A stretch of 64,000 nucleotides of DNA from Tubulanus polymorphus (taxonomy: Eukaryota > Animalia > Nemertea), in contig NC_134028.1 in the NCBI RefSeq assembly GCF_964204645.1, positions 6,386,001 to 6,450,000 of the forward strand. The letters are read 5' to 3'. The stretch's first letter is position 1. Every line of letters starts with the position of its first letter. The notes under the pieces were generated by a model. That model was given only the letters and a program-made list of their open reading frames with translations. It was not told where the DNA came from and ran no database searches. Shown here one piece after another: positions 35,057-58,274 of this stretch. The translations under genes and the position numbers were made by a program.

Positions 35057-35957
35057 TGTTATCGTGATTGGTTTAAGACCGATAATATTAACGACTTCGT
35101 TTTATCGATATACATTTCGAAATAATATAGTTATAATCGATATATCGAGATAGCTGATCTACAAGGGCGGAGCCGTGAATTTTGGAAGGTTATTTACCAG
35201 GGTATTTAAGGGCACAAACGTAATCGCGACGGGCACCCCGACGTGGCAACTTCGGCGCGAAGCCACCCGAGGGGGTCAAGATGTCGTCCCCTAGGAATAA
35301 AATTTTGGTTTTTCCAAGGCTCATTCGAGAGTAATTCATATTTCTTTACAAAATGAAAAAAAAATCCCTCAAATTTTAGGGAGGACTAGTCCCCCACCCC
35401 CTGGATCCGCCCTTGGCCAAATTCTTAGGAAAATATGTTTTGCCTCACGGTTTGATGCCTCCGCCGAAGATCACGCCAACATAATGTATTATGTTACTGT
35501 TGGCGTGAGTTTCGGCTGGAAGCAATCAAACCGGATGGATCGCGGCTTAAATCAGACTCAACGATCCACATATAGGCCATGGGCGTCTAGTTTATACGTA
35601 CATGTATATTACAGGCGCGGATCTATGGGTCGCGACGGTATAAAGAAGTTTCCTATAAACTTCTCGGCTAAAAGTTTTCGTATCGATGAACTCTATTGGC
35701 AATAGAACCCGTTGACCAGGAAGCTGGCAAATGACCGACGATTGCTATTGATACTCTGGGCGTCTTACAGACCTACTTTTTTTCTGACCGACGAAAGGAT
35801 GCACGATGAAAAAAACCGCGGTGGAATCATTCAGAGAGTAATCTTGGACTAGATTTAGTGACCGAGGAAAAACTTCGCCGAGTCCGTCACGAAGAAGAGT
35901 TAAATTTCAAAAGACCGAAAATTCAGATTCTAAAAGATAAATCTTAATTCTAAAATT

Positions 35958-37022
35958 CTAAATTTTTCGGCTTGTGGTTGTTGGGCTTTTGTCTAGTTTT
36001 AGTGACAAATGGCTGAGCACCGAGGAAAACAATTCTGACAAATGCAAGCGAAAATAAGATAATCTAATGACGTAAATGGGAAAATTAGTTGCATTATTAA
36101 CGAAAGAAATATAACCACAAAGACGATAAAGATCGAGAAGTTGGGACATGTCTTGAACGTTAACTAAATTTGGATTTCTTACGACGTAGTAACCATAGAT
36201 TAAACCCGAAGTCATCGGCAAATTGCAAATAACGAAAATCGCAGCAACGATCATCAGCGTGATGCTGATACTTTTCTCGTGTCGTCTGCCGGATGTCCCC
36301 GATGTACGGCCGTCTGACGTCCAACGCGCGCGGAATAATGCCAAACACATCAAACCGCTTATAACCAACAGAAGAAGAGACGGCAAAACATAGTAAACGA
36401 TGATCATTGATACAAATCTGACGGCGTACAAAACATCTTCGTCAATCGAACGGTTTTCCGTGCAGACGTATTTCTGTCCGAACGTATTAAATTCCGGTGC
36501 CACTTCGAAAAAGAATATCTGCCTGATTTCGAGCAATGCGAGTATCAAACCGGCGGACGACAGTAAAACTACCCGCATTTTCCGCGTTACACGCAACGTT
36601 TCCATCGGGAATTTGATTGCACGTAAGCGTTCGGTGTTCATCGATATCGTGATAAACGCAGACATGCCCAAACACCAATACAGAACGTAATACAACACCT
36701 TACAACTGAAATTACTTATCGCAAAAATGTCAGTGCCGTATCTACCGTCGGTTAGCGACAAAAGACCGTAATCAACCCATGAAAAAATACCGGCAATTAA
36801 CGTATATATTCCGTCCGTTATAGCCAGACAAAACATATATACAACCCCCGGTTTGTTCCATTTGTTGTGTTTGACGAAGATGAAAACTGTGAAAACGTTG
36901 CCGAACGTTCCGAGTAGAAGAATCGGCAAATACACGTAACTTTCGAAAAATGATCGTGTCGCGCGAACATAGTCTAAACCAGAAAACAGATTCTGACGCC
37001 GCACATTACTGGACGAATTCAT
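35958..37022 (-). CDS. Intronless orphan class A GPCR, copy 2 (identical protein)
   Basis: Same 354-aa translation as 33992-35056. Confidence 0.88.
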   Translation of the reverse strand: MNSSSNVRRQNLFSGLDYVRATRSFFESYVYLPILLLGTFGNVFTVFIFVKHNKWNKPGVVYMFCLAITDGIYTLIAGIFSWVDYGLLSLTDGRYGTDIFAISNFSCKVLYYVLYWCLGMSAFITISMNTERLRAIKFPMETLRVTRKMRVVLLSSAGLILALLEIRQIFFFEVAPEFNTFGQKYVCTENRSIDEDVLYAVRFVSMIIVYYVLPSLLLLVISGLMCLALFRARWTSDGRTSGTSGRRHEKSISITLMIVAAIFVICNLPMTSGLIYGYYVVRNPNLVNVQDMSQLLDLYRLCGYISFVNNATNFPIYVIRLSYFRLHLSELFSSVLSHLSLKLDKSPTTTSRKI

Positions 37023-38304
37023 TGTTATCGTGATTGGTTTAAGACCGATAATATTAACGACTTCGTTTTATCGATATACATTTCGAAATAATATAGTTAT
37101 AATCGATATATCGAGATAGCTGATCTACAAGGGCGGAGCCGTGAATTTTGGAAGGTTATTTACCAGGGTATTTAAGGGCACAAACGTAATCGCGACGGGC
37201 ACCCCGACGTGGCAACTTCGGCGCGAAGCCACCCGAGGGGGTCAAGATGTCGTCCCCTAGGAATAAAATTTTGGTTTTTCCAAGGCTCATTCGAGAGTAA
37301 TTCATATTTCTTTACAAAATGAAAAAAAAATCCCTCAAATTTTAGGGAGGACTAGTCCCCCACCCCCTGGATCCGCCCTTGGCCAAATTCTTAGGAAAAT
37401 ATGTTTTGCCTCACGGTTTGATGCCTCCGCCGAAGATCACGCCAACATAATGTATTATGTTACTGTTGGCGTGAGTTTCGGCTGGAAGCAATCAAACCGG
37501 ATGGATCGCGGCTTAAATCAGACTCAACGATCCACATATAGGCCATGGGCGTCTAGTTTATACGTACATGTATATTACAGGCGCGGATCTATGGGTCGCG
37601 ACGGTATAAAGAAGTTTCAAGTTTCTAGGCGCCATTTTGTGGCGGTCCCTCTCGAGGTCCCTATTGTTGCGATGATTTACGCGCATTTTTAAAACATAAG
37701 TTAAAAATTGAATCATATCATATGGGCCTAAGGTCCTTTGCTAGCTATTAATTTGTGTTATTGCGTAATAAATTGCCTGTTTATAAACCTGTTTCAATAA
37801 CTTTTAATCTGTATAGCTTTACTTTCATTGAAATATCAATTGTGATACTGAATTTTTATTTTAAAGTTTGTACTTTGAACGTGTCGCTTATATACCTGGA
37901 ATACTACCGAGAAAGTGATATATTTTCGAAGACGTACGTAGACTACCATGAAAAAAAATGTATCCAAAATTTCGAGGTGGTTCTTCTGCGAAAGTATCAT
38001 CTTGGTTTCTATTTCATAGAAAAAAATGGTTATATATGGTGACTTTTACCACGTGAAAACTACTACGGGGGGAACCCAACCTGTCACCGGTAATACCACG
38101 TATAGAAAACGAAAGTGCTACGTTGCGTATGCTCATTTTCTTCGACTACAATCAACTGTATAAGGTGAGTTGATTTCATTCAATTCAACAAATTGAAATA
38201 GACATCTGAACCGAGATTCAGTTAAAACAGTCTTACATTAACGAATAAACTAAATCTTGTATTATAGAAAACGTTGGTCTCTCCATTGCGTTTTATATGG
38301 GAGA

Positions 38305-40587
38305 ATGAATCAACTAAACACACCAAGGAACGATAGCATGGCAGAAGGATCGATTGAGTTGAAGATGGTCAAGAAACCAGACCAGTTAACCGTCTACGAT
38401 CGATTCATATTTGTGGCACAGACTAAAACAAACAACTTGTACGTTTATGACAATTTAAAACTTGTTCAGACAGTTGCAACTGAGCCAATCCTGAGCGTCT
38501 GCTGCGACGACGTCACTGGTGACGTGTACGTTCTGACCATCAACCAGGCGCGCGTACGCGTTCAAAAGTATGAAAGAGTTGATAATCGATATTATCGGGT
38601 TGGTAAGATCGGTTGGATCAAACAGATTTGCAATGCCCCACAAAGTATCGCGGTGTGTCAAAGCAAGATATACATCGGCGGTTACCGAACCATCGTTGTC
38701 TGTCCACTTGTACAAGACAACGGAGGAAATTTCATCAATCGTTCCCCAAGGGAAACTATAGAAATTACGAATGGAGGTATCGCTGATCTTTTTTCTATTG
38801 GTGGAGTTATTTTCGCTGCCACAGATGACCCATTACACGTATATAAGATAACGCCAATGGAAGAACGCTCGGCGAACTGTTGTCAGTCGATCAGTTCAGC
38901 TGCGGCAATTCGCCAAAAGCGTCTGGTCTCAATAAGCGCTAGTTCAGAAGAAGGCGGATATTACATCGTGGTTGACCGTCAGATTCTCAATATGACTGAA
39001 TCCAACATCGAGCAACCCGTGCACTACACACCAGCAGAATGGGGCTCACTCTGGGCTTTGACAAACATCGAAAAAAGCAAATATGTTTTGGGCGTTTCCA
39101 GACACGGCGTGAACATGTTGATGATTGTTACGGCAGACGAACTTGTGGGGAATAAGAAAATATCGATTGGCGATCAGGACCACGATAGCAAAGGTCCTCA
39201 CACCGAAGATTATCTTCGAGGGAGTAGGTCTGCTGGTGGAACCCGAAACGAGAGCAAAGGTCACGGCAGTGAAGATTATCGAGGGAGTAGGCCTGCTGAT
39301 GCCAGTACTGGTGGAACCCGAAACGAGAGCAGTAGTCGCCGCAGTGAAGATTCTAGAGAGAGTAGGCCTGCTGATGTCAGTACTGGTGGAACCCGAAACG
39401 AGAGCAGTAGTCGCCGCAGTGAAGATTCTAGAGAGAGTAGGCCTGCAGATGTCAGTACTGGTGGAACCCGAAACGAGAGCAGTAGTCGCCGCAGTGAAGA
39501 TTCTAGAGAGAGTAGGCCTGCTGATGTCAGTACTGGTGGAACCCGAAACGAGAGCAGTAGTCGCCGCAGTGAAGAATCTAGAGAGAGTAGGCCTGCTGAT
39601 GTCAGTACTGGTGGAACCCGAAATGAGAGCAAAAGTCGCCGCAGCAAAGGCCGCGAAAGAAAACGTCGAGGAGATACCCAAAAGCAGAGTAATACTGGTA
39701 TTGATGGGACGGGGCAAGTAAACGAACGTCTTAAGCTTGATTTCTCGCCCGATATTTTGGTTGCATCGAAAGGTTATTTAATCGCCTGTACTGGGAAATC
39801 CTGTTACGTGTATCGCAAACGCCAAATCAAACAGGAATTAAAAATGCCTCGGTTGATATCAGATGTTTGTAGCGATGAAGATTCTGGTGATATTTACGCC
39901 TTGTTGGAGACTGGTGTATCCTTGATGGACCTAATCGTTCAGAAAAGCCGCGTTCAAGTGAATTGTTTTACGTTCCGTAGAGAACTGGATCGGTACCAAA
40001 ACGCCGGTGTTTGCACGTTTGTCATGAACATTGATGTTGCTTCTACACTCAATACTATCGCAGTTCGTGGGGATGTTATGTGTATTGCGGGAATCTCAAC
40101 AGTACACGTTTTTCGAGTGATACCTGGTCGTTATTTTTCCAATACATCGACAGGTCCGATGTACTCGTTGCGGTTTAGGGTGTTTGCTCTTTTCTCAAGC
40201 GTACACATCGAAACATCAAAATCCGCGCACATTTTGTCTCACGCAAATGATTTGTTGACGTTTGAAAACATCGACGATTTCCGCAGATCAAAATTGAAAA
40301 ATGAATATGACTTGGACAGATTCGGATCACACTTGAGAATTGGACATTTTGGGAAGAGAAAAGCAGTTGTGACCGCACAAAAACCGGATGGAAAAACCGA
40401 TATTATACTGCTATCGAACGTCGGAGATCACCGAACATCTTCGAAGATTGTCGGAAGTATTCGCGGAGTCAAAATTTCAGCTGTGGTGAAACTAGACGAT
40501 GCAACCATTGCGCTCGGCTGTTCCGACATTGCGTCCGGAAATGGATACGTACTTTTTGTTGAAATACCCGAACATATGCGTCCATGA
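38305..40587 (+). CDS. Uncharacterised protein: two beta-propeller-like (NHL/WD-like) domains linked by 25-aa tandem repeats
   Basis: Uninterrupted ORF of 776 codons from TTG 38257; first in-frame ATG at 38305, second at 38338. A probable 5' UTR intron lies at 38165-38267 (GTGAGT..TATAG). Both halves consist of short hydrophobic beta-strand segments separated by turns. The fold assignment is inference. Confidence 0.75.
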   Translation: MNQLNTPRNDSMAEGSIELKMVKKPDQLTVYDRFIFVAQTKTNNLYVYDNLKLVQTVATEPILSVCCDDVTGDVYVLTINQARVRVQKYERVDNRYYRVGKIGWIKQICNAPQSIAVCQSKIYIGGYRTIVVCPLVQDNGGNFINRSPRETIEITNGGIADLFSIGGVIFAATDDPLHVYKITPMEERSANCCQSISSAAAIRQKRLVSISASSEEGGYYIVVDRQILNMTESNIEQPVHYTPAEWGSLWALTNIEKSKYVLGVSRHGVNMLMIVTADELVGNKKISIGDQDHDSKGPHTEDYLRGSRSAGGTRNESKGHGSEDYRGSRPADASTGGTRNESSSRRSEDSRESRPADVSTGGTRNESSSRRSEDSRESRPADVSTGGTRNESSSRRSEDSRESRPADVSTGGTRNESSSRRSEESRESRPADVSTGGTRNESKSRRSKGRERKRRGDTQKQSNTGIDGTGQVNERLKLDFSPDILVASKGYLIACTGKSCYVYRKRQIKQELKMPRLISDVCSDEDSGDIYALLETGVSLMDLIVQKSRVQVNCFTFRRELDRYQNAGVCTFVMNIDVASTLNTIAVRGDVMCIAGISTVHVFRVIPGRYFSNTSTGPMYSLRFRVFALFSSVHIETSKSAHILSHANDLLTFENIDDFRRSKLKNEYDLDRFGSHLRIGHFGKRKAVVTAQKPDGKTDIILLSNVGDHRTSSKIVGSIRGVKISAVVKLDDATIALGCSDIASGNGYVLFVEIPEHMRP
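39223..39645 (+). repeat. In-frame 75-bp coding minisatellite
   Basis: Units beginning GAGTAGGCCTGC at ~39285, 39360, 39435, 39510 and 39585, plus a shorter degenerate unit at ~39223; encodes (ESRPADVSTGGTRNESSSRRSEDSR)n. Confidence 0.97.
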
Positions 40588-41696
40588 GGAGAAACACCCA
40601 ACGGTAGAACAAGCTAACTAATCGTGGACTGATGGATTAAGGGTGCCAGATCTATTATCTAAGATAACTAATAATATCAATAATGAAATAACCGTACCAT
40701 ATTGTACATAGAAAACTTAAAGAAAATAATTTAAAAAAAACATCAAAAATTGGATGGATTTTTTAACGACGAAATGATATAATCCTCTCGATCGTATATT
40801 CTCGAGGTTTCTTTGCTTTCTGTGAACCAGACAATAAAATATAATCTAATATTAGTAATCCGGTGAAATTAAAATTATTAGTTTGAAAAATCTTCTTTTT
40901 CGTTGGCGGGATATGTCCGATGGCGTAAAGCCCCTGCGGTCGGATTCTTTTGATAGTTGTTTCACCTCGAAGGTGCACCCTTGGGACCAATTCATGGAAG
41001 CACGTACCCGCAAATTATTGAGACCTCTTCCCGAGCGCACCTACCCCAGATCGGGCCGAATGTGCGCCTGTGTTTGTGGCTGCCCATCGTCATCCGAGCG
41101 AGTTTCCAAACTAGCAAGCGCAGGCCTAGTCCACGGGCCGCAAATTTTACGAAGTCTTAACTAAACGATGCCGGAAAAGTTGATACAGCGTACGTAGATA
41201 AACAGTTCTACGAGGACCAAGCAATGTAGGGAAAGGGAAATGTTGTCGGGCCTTTCGGACTGAACGTTTTTGTAGGCAGCCGTGACTGGCCTCGGAACAT
41301 CGAAAACTCCATATTCCCAGTAAGGATCCGTGCTCCGGAAGTCCTTGATAGTCTCCGTGAAATTGCGCGTAGTAATAAATCGAGAATATAGTTAATTTCT
41401 CACGACAAAAAGTGTCATTCACCAAAGCATATCCGATATATATAATTGAATAGCATCTTTTTGGCCTCTGATTGATCTAACCCCTATATATAGTTATATA
41501 TATCTGGAACTATATAATCGATCGTATAGTCCATCGACGGAAGTTGTTCGGCTCAGATTTGAGGAAGCCATTTTGATTTTAGAACAAAGCTTGCAAAGCT
41601 ATTTATTCGCTATTTAACAGACCCCAAACCTCTCGTATCATACCAAATTTAACTTAAGAGCATGCTACAAACCCTAAACTCGGAGCACACGTAGCA

Positions 41697-53850
<12,154 letters not shown>

Positions 53851-54281
53851 AAATCCGATTACGACTCTGTGCTGCCTTTACTACTACATTGTTGCATTTT
53901 AAACATTGCTACGTAAAAAAAAATACGGAAACCAGCCAGGAGGATGTCGATATGTGCACACAATGTGTGCGTCCGCGCGCTGGCTGAACGGTTGATTTTA
54001 TTTATCGCCATGACGATCGGGTTCGAAGGCAACAGTTCCGCGTAATGTGTAAACGATGCGAGAGAGAGATAGAGACAGGTTTCGTTTTTTCACCCGTAAA
54101 ATCGTGGCGTTTTTTTCGGATTGTACGAATGTTCGACGCAGGACATAGCACGCCGCAAAACTTTACGCCCCCCGTGTTGTAGAACAATCGAATCGCGTGA
54201 AATCGAGTGAAGAGAGTTAGCGAATCGGTAAAACTCTCAAGACGTCTCATTCGAAGTTTCAGGAATCTTGTGTTCGCTGAT

Positions 54282-54372
54282 TTTGTCCTCTGTGTGTTGT
54301 ATGTCTGGGTGTATGTATGTGTGTGTATGTGTATGTATGTGTGTGTGTATGTGTGATAAATGTTGTGTGTAT
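54282..54372. repeat. Degenerate (GT/GTAT)n microsatellite in the CNOT3 3' UTR region
   Basis: TGTGTATGTGTGTGTATG-type run. Confidence 0.85.
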
Positions 54373-57300
54373 TTTTAATACTTTTTACTAGTCATATTAA
54401 ATACACAAAGTAGACCACGTCCCCCACTCCCTGAAAATTACCCCTCACTCAATTCCACTTCTTCAGGCTCGCCTCTGATAACAGTTTCCTCGAGGTCGAT
54501 CGATATTGACGGATTTCAATGTTCGAATGTGTCATTTATATGTAATTTCTTGTAATTATTGTTTCGAGACGTTAATTCTTTTCAATGAACGACGAGGACC
54601 TGGCACCAGAATTTTGATTTCGAAATCGGAAATCTTAGCAAATTTTAGCGCTTTTTAAAAGAGTCGAACGGTGAACCGGGTCCCGATTATAATCAACATC
54701 GGTGTATTTTCGATTATTTGTTTTAAGAGGAAATCAAAATGAAACTACATTGTATGCTATCATCAGTTAACCGTAAATAAAAAAAACAGTCGAAGCTGAA
54801 TATGTTAATTTTCGCGAAGCAGCTAATGTTCGTAGTTATCGACTTTTCTTTTAATCGAAATGTTTATTATTGCTGTGCCTGAATTTATTGTTACGTTAAA
54901 AGAGAAGAGAAAATACGAGGATGTAAATTGTATTTGTATTAAGCTGTGATAATGGAAAGTTTTTACTCCTCGTTCTCTCTTTTTTTAACTCGCGCTATAG
55001 AGAGAAACATAACTATCTCTTTAATAGATAACCTCATCGGGCGTTCGGATGTTCTAGTCGCGATTGTTTCCTATAGAATATTTTCGAATATTGCGGTTTC
55101 TCTCGACTGGAACGTGCGACGCTTCCGACGTTCAGAGTTTAAAATAGTAAGCGTTAGAATAGTTTACGACTACGGTTGAAAATTAGTGTGTACGAGATGC
55201 TTTGTAAATCGGAGAATGAGTTTAGGTTTTGAATTGCGTCTGATTCGCGCGAGAAAGAAGATCGAAACGAATATAGGTCGATTTTAGACGATTCGGTTTG
55301 TCTAGAAAACGGTGTAAAGTATTGTACGACGTGTGTAACGAAAGTCTCTCGGAGCATCGCGCGATCTTGTGCTGTTCCCGGTGCTCTCGGCGACTATTGT
55401 CTTATTCCTGTGTGTGCGCATTGCACGGTCTCCTTATTTTTGTACAGAAAAAGAATTCGCAGGTGGCGAACACAGGTTGCGCAGAAGTCCATTGGCGCGT
55501 GCGTGCCGACGTAGTTTTTCTCGTTTCGGTCGCGTGGCCATTTATTGTAAATATTAAGGACGGCAACCTGTGGCCGCTGCCTCGCACCGTTTATCAAGAA
55601 AAATCTTCCTGGGAAAAATCGATAAAAAATAATAAAAATTGTCTGTGTAAAAATTATAAAATTACAACCATCTTCTTTTGTTTCTTCTGTTTGTTGATCG
55701 ATGGTAGGATTGGTCATTTCAACCCTGCATCTATCTGTTCTTAATTCTACGGCCAGCGCACTCTCCGTGGCCCAGTGTCTGTGCTAGGGTTCTTACAGCA
55801 GGAAAATCGGTGAATTATGGACTGGTTTTTTTCCCTGCAATGCTGGGTAAATCTAGCAATTTCGAGTGGCACAAGGAACCTCTATATACAAAACAGCCTG
55901 TCAGAGAAGATCATACAATTTAATCAGGGAATGTTTGGTCAAGGGTTTGTATTCACTAATGCAGTATCTACTGCATGTAGATTGATACTGTATGAAAGCA
56001 GTATCAATCTATGTTCATTTCGGCTCGTTTCAGTGAGATTTTCAATACTTGATAACCAATTATCCAATTATCTGCAATTCAGGCTTAGTGTTCGGGACAT
56101 CATCTCAAAACAACTATTGTTGCTACCAGGTACATGAAGTATGAACTCCTCTGTCATTTCATCATCATCATACTCCTTAAACCTAGTTGTCCCAAAAAGT
56201 TAATGGTGAATGCCTCAGGCTGCATATAGGGAGGGGCTTCCACATGCAAGACATCGTAGACCGGGTTCAAACCTAAAACACCCTTAAATCCTCTATTCAG
56301 TCCAGCCAAGGGAATCTATATATATTGATACGAAACTATGTACCAAATTGTGTCACCGTGGAGAAGAATTGGAATCATGTGTGGAAGTCAATCATTGTAT
56401 AAACTAATGCAACGGTATAAATGGGTGTGAAAATATTTATAGGGGGCCAAACGGAGGCAGATGAAATTACAGCCAATCAGTAAGCAGGAATTCTATAAAC
56501 TCACCGCATGACAACAATTTTACAGTACCGTATCATTGTGCAGTCACAATGGCCCAGTTAGTAGAGCACAAGACTTGCACTTGATACATCAAGTGTTCGC
56601 GTCTGCGTAGCTCCTTAAATTTTATGTTCACCTCCGATAGTAACCGTTCAAAGTTCAACTTATAATGGACTTCAGATATATAGAAATCCACAATAAGTAA
56701 CTAAGCAAATAAAGATTCCAAAGAGAGAGAGAAATAAAAGCATCATTTATGGTACTGTATAATATATATATTTCATACAATATATTTAACATAAAATTTA
56801 CATTCTTGCTCATAGTTTGAATAAATAAATATCAATATGCTTCATTTCAACGAACCTGGAATGCTATCTTAAATTGAGTAGATTAAATCGAAAAATTTAG
56901 AAATTTCGAAAAAATTCACTGGCATCAATATATATGTTAATCATCTTTCATGAAACCTCTCCTCTGTATTGTAACGCCCTCGGAAAAACTAGAATCGGGC
57001 CGAATAAATCAAATACCGTAATAAGGAATATATTTAAGAGTAAAATATAATGATGGTACAACAGGCTTCGGGGACTGTGCTATATTTTACTTGTAACAAC
57101 TTAAAATATGTGTTAACTATTTGACAAAATCTACATCGAAACATGCAAAATTATCATGACTGAATGGGAGAGAACAACATTAGCTAAAATATGTCATCGG
57201 TAACATCTACGCAATTTCTGATTTTATCACTGTTAAATTAAGCCAGATTCGAGACTTACAATGGTCTCTAGGAATTGCGAAATACCGCAATTGAATTCAT

Positions 57301-58274
57301 GAAACATTCTCCAGAAAGATTACTACCAAGTATTCGACATTATTCATCAATTTTATATAATCAAGCAAATATGTGTACGTATATTCTAAATGAAGGGGAA
57401 TCATTATCGATTGTTAAACCAGGAAAGACGACTATAATATCTACAAAGATTACAAGAAGGACAACGTCATCCAACTAATCTGTTTCGAACAACAGAGCAA
57501 ACCCTTAGTTATTGCTACGTCTGAGACTGAGCAATATCGAAATACTTCGTGAAATCCGTCATCGACTAGAACCACCTGACGATAAGATGATCCAGGCATC
57601 TACCACTGATCAGTTCTAGCCTATGATGGGCACATGTATGTATTTACTAACATACTCGCGCTCTCTTCCCCATTGTCAATTCCCCAATTAGGACTTCTCG
57701 CTAATAGCAATACAGATACGGATTGCAACTTAACAGCTATCCATATACGTATTTCCAAATAAGATTTTTAACATAAGTTTGAAGTCAAAACAAATTTTTT
57801 GGCTTTCAAAGTTAGGAAAAATTGGAAAGCTATTTCAACACTAACTACACCGATATGGACTTAATATCTACTGGTGTGCTTAAATATTCATATTTCAATA
57901 AATTATATTCACGATATATTGTGATACAAACGCAACATAGAGCGGAATTTTCTCTTACTACTGAATTTCACGCGGGACATAATTCACAATTGGTCGGGAA
58001 AATTCTCAATTCGAAATGCACAGCGATTGATTAAACAATCAGCCATTTTGACAGGGATCATGTCGCTAATAAAATTGAATTTTGACAAAAATTGATACTT
58101 TTCCTAATAGCCTGTTCTAATAGATACTAGTGAGATCACAACCTCATTCATAAATACATGTAGGATACAGTAGATTATTCGAACCCTATTACGTAAATGC
58201 ACAATAGCTGTTTATTATCTCAAGCGCAAATTTGTTCTTTCTAACCCTAATGCATTGTTAATTTTGACGGTTAA

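Larger units (their letters stand above)
33694..37618. repeat. Tandem segmental duplication, period 1,966 bp
   Basis: 33694-35652 is repeated at 35660-37618 with a 7-bp spacer CTATAAA. I noticed only one substitution (C33953 vs A35919). Confidence 0.97.

Noticed and set aside
39046-39721. Overlapping ORFs of 223, 198 and 123 aa
   Set aside because: Shadow frames produced by a 75-bp repeat that lacks stops in several frames.
40905-41410. Firm call as telomerase RNA or RNase MRP
   Set aside because: There is no TTAGGG-complementary template and the P4-like motifs deviate from consensus; kept only as an unidentified candidate.
55298-55744. 148-aa and 107-aa ORFs downstream of CNOT3
   Set aside because: No recognisable motifs; they lie in the probable CNOT3 3' UTR around an AATAAA at ~55630.
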